From: Longimicrobiales bacterium | GTDB taxonomy: Bacteria > Gemmatimonadota > Gemmatimonadetes > Longimicrobiales > Gaopeijiaceae | NCBI GenBank assembly: GCA_965202985.1 | Contig: CBDBCF010000002.1 | Location: forward strand, 384,001-448,000 | DNA length: 64,000 bases | Reading direction: 5' to 3' | In this document: in pieces, positions 57,236 to 64,000 of the stretch | Numbering within the stretch: position 1 is the stretch's first letter | Layout of the letters: every line of letters starts with the position of its first letter | Program-made: the position numbers and the translations under genes | The notes under the pieces: model-generated | Database searches by the model: none | Told to the model about the DNA's origin: nothing | What the model saw: the letters and a program-made list of their open reading frames with translations, nothing else

Positions 57236-58374
57236 TCTTCCGTCTCCCTGGGAACGCCGGCCAGATCCGCCAGGAGGATGTCGGCGATCCGTTCGCCGGC
57301 CCTGCCGTCGCCGTACGGATTGGAAGCGGGAGACGGATCGTCGCAGGGCTGGTCCAGCCGACGCGACGCTTCGGCCAAGATCCTAACCGGATCGGTGCCG
57401 ACAAGGGTGGCGACGCCGGCGCGCACCGCCTCTGGTCGTTCCGTGACTTCGCGCAGGACGAGCGCGTGCGTCCCGAACGCCGGCGCCTCTTCTTGGATGC
57501 CGCCCGAATCCGTCATCACGAGACTGGCGCGGTCCAGCACCGCCAGCAGGTCCCCGTAGGACAGGGGGCTCGTCAGGTGAACGCGCTCGACTTCGCCCAG
57601 CACCGCTTCGGCAGGCTCCCGAACCCGTGGGTTCGGATGCACGGGGTACAGGACGTCGATGTCGTGGAAGCGCGACGCCAGCGCCTTGACGGCGTCGAAC
57701 ACGCCCTTCAGCGGCGCCCCGAACGACTCTCGGCGGTGGGCCGTCAGAAGCACCAGGCGCCGGGAAGGTGAAGTCGCAACGAGGCGGGCGGCGCACGGGT
57801 TCTCGACGCGGCGGTGCCGTGCTCTCATGTCGCGGAGCGCATCCACGACCGTGTTGCCAGTCACGAAGACGCGGTCGGCGGGCACGCCCTCTCGCTTCAG
57901 GTTGCCGGCCGCCTCGGGCGTCGGCGCGAAGCAGTAGTCGGCCAGCACGTCGGTCATGCGCCGCAGCATCTCTTCCGGAAAGGGAGACCACTTCCTGCGG
58001 CTTCGCAGCCCAGCCTCGACGTGGGCCAGTCCGGAACGCTCGAAGAAGGCGGCCACGCTCGCGAAGAAGACCGTGGCCGTGTCGCCCTGAACGATCGTCA
58101 CGTCGGGTCGAAAGTCGGTCGCCACGTCCTTCAGTCCGTCCAGGCAGGCCCGGCCCACGTCGTGCAGACTCTGCCCTGGCCTCATGAGATCGAGGTCGTA
58201 GTCGGGCTCGATGGCGAACGCCGACAGCACCGGGTCCACGATCTCCGCATGCTGTCCCGTCAGTACGACCCGGTGATCGGCGCCGCCGCGGTCCTCGATC
58301 GCCCGGATCACCGGCGCCATCTTGACCGCCTCGGGGCGGGTCCCGATTACCGAAAGCATCCTGGGCGAGCACAT
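57220..58374 (-). CDS. wecB: UDP-N-acetylglucosamine 2-epimerase (non-hydrolysing)
   Basis: GTRPEAVKMAP, VQGDT, HVEAGLRS, PFPEE, TAHRRE, TDSGGIQEEAP, PYGDG. Confidence 0.96.
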   Translation of the reverse strand: MCSPRMLSVIGTRPEAVKMAPVIRAIEDRGGADHRVVLTGQHAEIVDPVLSAFAIEPDYDLDLMRPGQSLHDVGRACLDGLKDVATDFRPDVTIVQGDTATVFFASVAAFFERSGLAHVEAGLRSRRKWSPFPEEMLRRMTDVLADYCFAPTPEAAGNLKREGVPADRVFVTGNTVVDALRDMRARHRRVENPCAARLVATSPSRRLVLLTAHRRESFGAPLKGVFDAVKALASRFHDIDVLYPVHPNPRVREPAEAVLGEVERVHLTSPLSYGDLLAVLDRASLVMTDSGGIQEEAPAFGTHALVLREVTERPEAVRAGVATLVGTDPVRILAEASRRLDQPCDDPSPASNPYGDGRAGERIADILLADLAGVPRETEDWSSP

Positions 58375-58423
58375 GGTTGCGCAGAGGCCGGGCCGGGGGC
58401 GCCCCGTCCGAGCGGTCGCTCCC

Positions 58424-59407
58424 CTACCCTGCCGGGTCGGAGCTCGACGAGCCGGAGCTCGACTTGCGAAGCGCCTCCACCTCATCTCGCACGGAGGCGA
58501 TCATCTCCGCCAGGAACCCGGCCAGGAAGCAGAGCGCGCCCAGGGTCGTCAGGAGCATGACCAAGTAGAGCAGCGGCCGAAACCCTTGGCCGGCCACCAG
58601 GCGCCCGTAGAACGCCGCCGCCCCGACCAAGCCCGCCACCGCCATCAGCACCAGCCCCGGCACGCCGAAGGCCACGAGCGGGCGGTTCGACACCTTGAAC
58701 TGGAACCACACGGCCAGCAGGTCCAGTACCCCGCCCACGATGCGGCGGACGCCGGAATACTTGGACTTCCCCGCGCGTCTGGGGTGCAGGTCGATGTCGA
58801 TCTCCGTGACGCGGTATCCCTTCATATGGGCCGACACCACGAAGAAGCGGTGCCAGTCGTGACGAAGCCGAACGGCCTTCAGCACGTCGGCCCGAAACGC
58901 CTTCATGGAGTTGAGGTCGCTCACGGGCACTTGGAACATCTTCCGGCTCAGCGCATTGTACGTCGAAGAGACGACGCGCTTGTCGTACGCGCCCACCTTG
59001 CGCCCGGTCACGATGTCCCATCCCTCTTCGAGCTTGTCCAGGAAGCGCGGGACTTCCTTGGGGAGGTGCTGGAGGTCCGCGTCGAACAGGACCAGGTACG
59101 CCTTGTCGGTGGCCTCGGCGGCGGTCAGAAGAGCCTCGGTCTTGCCCCGATTGGAGGGATGGCGAAGCACGCGCAACCGGTCCCATCCGCCGGCTTCGGC
59201 CTCGGCCAAGTCTCCCGTTCCGTCGGCGGAACCGTCGTCCACGATCAGGACCTCGCCCGACAGGCTGTGTTCCTCGAAGGTGGAACGCAGCTCCCGGATC
59301 AGCCTGGGGACGTTGGGCGCCTCGTCGTAGGCCGGGACGACCAGGGCGAAGTCCCGGTAGGCGCCGGGAGTCGGGGAGCCGGCGCCGGCCCTTGGAGCGC
59401 TTGCCAA
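58424..59407 (-). CDS. Glycosyltransferase family 2 with two C-terminal TM helices (ArnC/GtrB-like)
   Basis: VPAYDE, VDDGSADGT, FDADLQH, HPRRAGKSKY, C-terminal TMs. Start approximate. Confidence 0.9.
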   Translation of the reverse strand: MASAPRAGAGSPTPGAYRDFALVVPAYDEAPNVPRLIRELRSTFEEHSLSGEVLIVDDGSADGTGDLAEAEAGGWDRLRVLRHPSNRGKTEALLTAAEATDKAYLVLFDADLQHLPKEVPRFLDKLEEGWDIVTGRKVGAYDKRVVSSTYNALSRKMFQVPVSDLNSMKAFRADVLKAVRLRHDWHRFFVVSAHMKGYRVTEIDIDLHPRRAGKSKYSGVRRIVGGVLDLLAVWFQFKVSNRPLVAFGVPGLVLMAVAGLVGAAAFYGRLVAGQGFRPLLYLVMLLTTLGALCFLAGFLAEMIASVRDEVEALRKSSSGSSSSDPAG

Positions 59408-59409
59408 CC

Positions 59410-60903
59410 TCAGTAGCGCCTTCGCGCCCGGGCCACGGGGATTTGAAGTTCGGTTCGGTACTTGGCGACGGTGCGGCGCGCGACCTGCGTCCCCTCGTGC
59501 CGCAGAAGCTCCACGATCGCTTGATCGGTCAGCGGACGTCCCGGGTCTTCGCTGTCCACCAAGCTCTGGATCTTGGCCTTCACCGCGTGCGTGGACACCT
59601 CTCCGTCCTCCGAGGCGATGCCCCGCGAGAAGAAGTACCGAAGTCGGAAGACGCCGCGTGGAGTCTGAACGTACTTCTTGCTGGTCAGCCGGGATGCCGT
59701 GGACTCGGCGATGCCCACTTCCTGCGCCACCGTGCGAAGCGTGAGCGGCTGGAGAAACTCGGGCCCCCGTTCGAAGAAGTCCTGCTGCGTGTCGATGATG
59801 AAGCGCATGACGGCCAGCATGTTCTCGCGGCGCTGTTCCAGCGTGTCCAGCAGCCACTTGGCCGCGTTCATGCGGTCCAGGATGAACTTCTTGTTCTCTC
59901 CCGTGAACTTCCCCGCCTCGACGACGTCCTTGTAGGTGGGCGACACGCGGAGGCGCGGCATGCCGCGTTCGTTGGACGACACCACGTACCGTCCCTCCAC
60001 CTTCTCGACGATCAAGTCGGGGACGACGTACTGCGCCGGGGCGGCGGACATCGCGCGGCCGGGCCTGGGGTCCAGCTCTCCGATTTCGTCCTTCGCGCTC
60101 TGAAGCTGCTCCTGGGAGACCGACAGCGACTTGGAGATGTCGATCCACCTGTGGTTCGCCAGGTCGTCGAAGTGCTCCACCACAAGTCGGTACGCAAGAG
60201 ACGCTTCGCGACCCGCCCGCCGCAGCTGAATCGCCAGGCACTCGCGCAGGCTGCGGGCGCCTACGCCCGGGGGGTCCAGGCCCTGCACCACCGCGAGCGC
60301 CTCTTCCAAGATGGAGACGTCGCCCACGCCCATGCTGTCGGCCACGTCTTCCAGGGTGCACGACAGCCGTCCGTCGTCGTCCAGGTTCCCCACGATCTCC
60401 ATGGCCGCCGCCGCGATCTCGGGACGCAGGGACGACAGGGCCAGCTGGCCCTCCAGTCGATCGTACAGGTCGGGCACGACCGGCACCGCCGATTCGGCGT
60501 AGTCCATGGGCTCGTAGCCGGCGCGTGCGCCGCCGGGGTCGAAGTCGCCTCGGATGACCTCTTCCCAGTCGAACTCCGCCTCGGAATCGCCTTCCATGTC
60601 GTCCCGGTCCTCGGCGAATTCGTCTTCGGCAAAGTCGTCCTCGGCGTCGAACTCGTCCTCGCGCTCTTCCTCGTCGTCCTCTCCGGCCTCGTACTCCTCG
60701 TCGGCCTCCCACAGCTCCAGGCACGGGTTGGCGTACATTTGTTCCTGCAGGTGAACCGCCAGTTCGGCGCGGCCCATGTCGAACATCTCCATCGCCTCGT
60801 AAAGGCGGGGGTTGGTTGCGCCGGTTTGCCGGTGCTCGCCCCGGATCAGGGCTTGCGCCGACGACCTTCCCTTCCCGCTGGGCGACCCGGCCTTGATCTT
60901 CAC
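59410..60903 (-). CDS. rpoN: RNA polymerase sigma-54 factor
   Basis: DPPGVGARSLRECL, ESTASR, RpoN box ARRTVAKYR. Confidence 0.96.
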   Translation of the reverse strand: MKIKAGSPSGKGRSSAQALIRGEHRQTGATNPRLYEAMEMFDMGRAELAVHLQEQMYANPCLELWEADEEYEAGEDDEEEREDEFDAEDDFAEDEFAEDRDDMEGDSEAEFDWEEVIRGDFDPGGARAGYEPMDYAESAVPVVPDLYDRLEGQLALSSLRPEIAAAAMEIVGNLDDDGRLSCTLEDVADSMGVGDVSILEEALAVVQGLDPPGVGARSLRECLAIQLRRAGREASLAYRLVVEHFDDLANHRWIDISKSLSVSQEQLQSAKDEIGELDPRPGRAMSAAPAQYVVPDLIVEKVEGRYVVSSNERGMPRLRVSPTYKDVVEAGKFTGENKKFILDRMNAAKWLLDTLEQRRENMLAVMRFIIDTQQDFFERGPEFLQPLTLRTVAQEVGIAESTASRLTSKKYVQTPRGVFRLRYFFSRGIASEDGEVSTHAVKAKIQSLVDSEDPGRPLTDQAIVELLRHEGTQVARRTVAKYRTELQIPVARARRRY

Positions 60904-61700
60904 TAGGGCGGCGGGAACCTGGACCGCATGCGCGCGGTGAGGGACGGACCCAAGTACAGGTTGGCGATCTCGTCGTTCCAGACGAGCTCGGGAACCGTGC
61001 CGCCGATGCGGATGCGGCCCTCGTACATGATGTAGGCGCGGTCGACGATCTCCAGCGTCTGTTCCACGTTGTGGTCGGAGATGATCACGCCGATGTCCCT
61101 CGTGCGAAGCTGGGAAACGATCTCTTGGATGTCGTTGACCGCGATGGGATCGATGCCGGCGAAGGGCTCGTCCAGCAACATGAACTTGGGTTGCTGCACC
61201 AGGGCGCGGGTGATCTCCACCCGCCGCCGCTCACCGCCGGAAAGAGAATATGCCTTCGCGTTCCGAAGGTGGGCAATGGAGAGTTCGGTCAGGAGCTCTT
61301 CCAGCCTTTGCGCCCTTTCCTTGCGGTTCAGGCCCAGAGTTTCCAGGATCGCCATGACGTTCTGGGCCACCGTCAGCTTTCGGAACACGGACGGCTCCTG
61401 GGCTAGATAGCCCACGCCCATCCTGGCTCTCTTGTACATGGGAACCGGCGTCAGCTCGGCATCGTCCAGGAAGACCCGGCCTCCGTCGGGGGCGATCAGG
61501 CCCACGAGCATGTAGAACGTGGTGGTCTTCCCCGCCCCGTTGGGCCCCAGCAGCCCCACTATCTCTCGTTGCCGAACGCGGATGTCCACGTCCGACACGA
61601 CCCGACGCTTGCGGTACACCTTGGTCAGCTGAACGCCTCGAAGCACCGCGCCGGGGTCGCTGGACGGTGCGCCGTTGGACGCGGCGGCGGGGGCGTTCAC
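60903..61700 (-). CDS. lptB: LPS export ABC transporter ATPase
   Basis: [49 protein letters not shown]. Confidence 0.96.
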   Translation of the reverse strand: MNAPAAASNGAPSSDPGAVLRGVQLTKVYRKRRVVSDVDIRVRQREIVGLLGPNGAGKTTTFYMLVGLIAPDGGRVFLDDAELTPVPMYKRARMGVGYLAQEPSVFRKLTVAQNVMAILETLGLNRKERAQRLEELLTELSIAHLRNAKAYSLSGGERRRVEITRALVQQPKFMLLDEPFAGIDPIAVNDIQEIVSQLRTRDIGVIISDHNVEQTLEIVDRAYIMYEGRIRIGGTVPELVWNDEIANLYLGPSLTARMRSRFPPP

Positions 61701-63466
61701 TTCTGCGCTTCCTGCCTGGACTTCGGCGCCGAGGCGGAATCCGGTCGGGGCGGCGCGGCCGCGGCGGAGTCTGCCGAGGGCGGTCGGGCCGGCGCGGCGG
61801 CGGAGTCTGCCGAGGGCGTGGTCGCAGTCGCGGAGTCCGGCGGCGTGCCCGACGGGAGCGGCTCGAAGTGGTAGCCTTCCGTTTGGCCCTCGACGTGCAT
61901 TCGCACCACTTCGCCCTCTTCCAGGTACATCGTGATCCGCTGTCCCAAGGCCAAGTGCACGGCCGGGGCGCCGCCCGGCTCGGCTCGGCTCGTGTCCGAA
62001 GACGGCAACCGATAGAGGCTGCGGGCGTTGCCGGCGGCTGTCAGGGATTCGAGGAGCACGCGACCCTGGGCGCCGGTTCCCGCTTGCGCGCCGGACGCGG
62101 CCGGGTCGCCGGGAGTGCCGGGACTGGCCCGTGCGAACCCGGCGACGATCGTGTCGCCCTCCATCCAATCGTTGCGTGCAACCTCGGGCGTGCTTTCGGC
62201 GTTCAGTGAGTCGTTCCCGGTGGCCACGGCCCTGGCGTCGCCCACCGCAACGACGGTCTCCAGGACCTGTTCCGGCGACGCCACGTCGATGGAGTCGGCC
62301 TCCAGCGCGAAGTCGTCCGCGAACGCCCGCGGCCGCGAGACGGAATCGGAGACCGCGGCCGTCGCCGAGTCCGCCTCCTGGTTGGCGACCGCCTGCAGCG
62401 TCTGCAGCCGCCGCGCGTCGCCGGGGCTGATGCCGGCCGTGTCGGGGCCCGGCGCCTCGGGAAGCGGAACCGCGCGCAGCGCCACCAAACGCGACAGGGC
62501 GCCCGACTGCAGGTACAGGGCGATCGCAGGGGCGCGCATGGCCACCGCCGCCCCGTCCAGGCGCGCCCCGCCCCGAGCCAGGATCGTTTCGGCACCGTCG
62601 GCGTACGGGGTCAGCGAGACGGTCTCCGCTGCCAAATCGAAGCGGCCGTCGTGGACTCGCGGCTCTCCGAACATGGACATGGCGCCCGACTGCTGGTCGT
62701 AGGACAGGGAGTCGCCCTCGGCCCGGAGGGAGTCGCGCAGGACGACAACCTCGCCATGGGCGTCAAAGAAGCGACGCCCCCGGATGCGAAAGCGCTCCGC
62801 GTCGATTTCGTAGGGCGACAAGACGACCGGCTCGTCCGGCGGGTCGGCTTCCGGCGCCTCGGTGGACGGCTCGGTCGGTTCTATGGGCTGGGCGGGTGCC
62901 TCGACTGGTTCGGCTTCGTCCGACTTGGGGGCGCTCGCGGCCGCCGTGGCGAAGACGGTAGCGTGCGGCTGCCCCCCGTAGACGAGCATCTCGTCCAGGG
63001 GCCGGAACTCCGACTGCAGGTCGTAGATCAGCTGGTCGCCCGCGACAACGGTGCCGTTGCTCCGGTACGTGACCCTGGGGCCTTCGAACGCCTGCAGCTG
63101 CCGAATGTTGTCGAAGTAGTACGCCCGCCCCGCCTCCAGCACGATCTCCGGGTCCTGGAACCGCACGTTTCCGAACAGCTGCAACGACTTGTTGGACTGG
63201 AAGCCGGCAACCGAGTCGGCCGAGACGCGAACGCCGCCGTTGCACCGGTAGTCCACGCCGCCGGAAGCGAAGTGGTTGTACATGTCGCCTCCGGCTCGGC
63301 GGCTTTGGGAGTAGCCGCCCACTCGGTGAAGCCGGCACCCGGTCTGCCCGGCCGCGGGCGAAGCCGAAGCGGCCAAGGCGAACGCCCACGCCGCCGAAGC
63401 AGCCAGCAACACGCCCAGCCGCGCCGGCGCCCGCCACCGCCACCGGCTCTCCGCCTCCGGCCTCAA
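61697..63466 (-). CDS. LptA/OstA-like multi-jellyroll periplasmic protein
   Basis: Signal peptide, repeated jellyroll-like strands (ADSV..F...[14 protein letters not shown]), located between lptC and lptB. Confidence 0.75.
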   Translation of the reverse strand: MRPEAESRWRWRAPARLGVLLAASAAWAFALAASASPAAGQTGCRLHRVGGYSQSRRAGGDMYNHFASGGVDYRCNGGVRVSADSVAGFQSNKSLQLFGNVRFQDPEIVLEAGRAYYFDNIRQLQAFEGPRVTYRSNGTVVAGDQLIYDLQSEFRPLDEMLVYGGQPHATVFATAAASAPKSDEAEPVEAPAQPIEPTEPSTEAPEADPPDEPVVLSPYEIDAERFRIRGRRFFDAHGEVVVLRDSLRAEGDSLSYDQQSGAMSMFGEPRVHDGRFDLAAETVSLTPYADGAETILARGGARLDGAAVAMRAPAIALYLQSGALSRLVALRAVPLPEAPGPDTAGISPGDARRLQTLQAVANQEADSATAAVSDSVSRPRAFADDFALEADSIDVASPEQVLETVVAVGDARAVATGNDSLNAESTPEVARNDWMEGDTIVAGFARASPGTPGDPAASGAQAGTGAQGRVLLESLTAAGNARSLYRLPSSDTSRAEPGGAPAVHLALGQRITMYLEEGEVVRMHVEGQTEGYHFEPLPSGTPPDSATATTPSADSAAAPARPPSADSAAAAPPRPDSASAPKSRQEAQK

Positions 63467-64000
63467 CGCCCCGAACACTCGTCGGCCCTCGTGCCGCGGA
63501 TCACCAAGTTGTCGAAGGCCAAGTCGCTTCCGAATCCGTCGCCTTCCACGCGACAGCCTTGGTACAGCATGACGACGGACGAATCGCTCCAGACGGAGTC
63601 GCGTTCGATGGCGAACCAAAGCTCGGCGCTGCGCACTTCGCGGTCCTCCGAAGGGATCGACAGCACGGCGTTTCCGGTTGCCCGAAGCTCGTCGGTCGTC
63701 ATGGTGCCCATCCGTCCCTCGTCGGCCGTGATCCGCGCTCGCCGTCCCCCGCCTTGGTTGTACACCTCCAGAACCAGCCCCTTGAGGCGTGCGTGGGCGG
63801 AGTCGTCCCACATGAGGAGGGTGTCGGCCTCGAGCTTGGCCTGCATGACGCCGTCCCGCGAGAAGTAGCGCTCGACCTGCACCGTCGTGTGATCGGCGGG
63901 CGCGGCCTCGGGCTCGGCGGACGACGGCTCGCTGGGTGGCGCGGTGCAGCCGCCCGCGAACGCAAGCGCACACGCCGCCGCTGCTGCCGCCCCCCGGCGC
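63463..64000 (-). CDS. lptC: LPS export periplasmic protein LptC (5' end beyond window)
   Basis: Lipobox-like AGGC, AKLEAD, ITADEG, VWSDSSV, GDGFGSDLAF. Upstream of the lptA-like gene and lptB. Confidence 0.8.
   Translation of the reverse strand, partial: RRGAAAAAACALAFAGGCTAPPSEPSSAEPEAAPADHTTVQVERYFSRDGVMQAKLEADTLLMWDDSAHARLKGLVLEVYNQGGGRRARITADEGRMGTMTTDELRATGNAVLSIPSEDREVRSAELWFAIERDSVWSDSSVVMLYQGCRVEGDGFGSDLAFDNLVIRGTRADECSGR

Noticed and set aside
61745..61845. 36-bp-period repeat encoding PSADSAAA in the LptA-like tail
   Set aside because: Ordinary low-complexity linker expansion.

Overview
High-GC bacterial chromosome segment. Gene content and order (prfB-lysS-lolCD-mcsAB-clpC-bamA-skp-lpxD-lpxC/fabZ-lpxA, bshC, der-plsY-gpsA, lptCAB-rpoN) suggest a Gemmatimonadota-type diderm; this is inference. 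Bases 1-33.3 kb are + strand housekeeping and envelope genes and 51.2-64 kb are - strand. They converge on a canonical 28-bp XerCD dif site at 51059-51086, so the window probably spans the replication terminus. The accessory zone at 33.4-51.1 kb contains: (1) an ABC-ATPase + TOPRIM(DUF3226-like) gene pair just 5' of tRNA-Arg(CCT), a candidate anti-phage system; (2) secreted Ig/LVIVD and metallopeptidase genes; (3) a decayed tandem duplication beside dif, with orphan, internally repeated genes and a shared TGT-N4-(CGACAAnCAnnnTGAGAC)x2 motif at or near two breakpoints. Other notable items are a DUF368 translocase with an inserted baseplate-J-like domain, a methyltransferase-bshC pair suggesting N-methyl-bacillithiol, and a gnnA-like gene between lpxA and lpxB. 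No CRISPR array, integrase or transposase gene was seen. All family calls come from motif recognition by eye, not from database searches.
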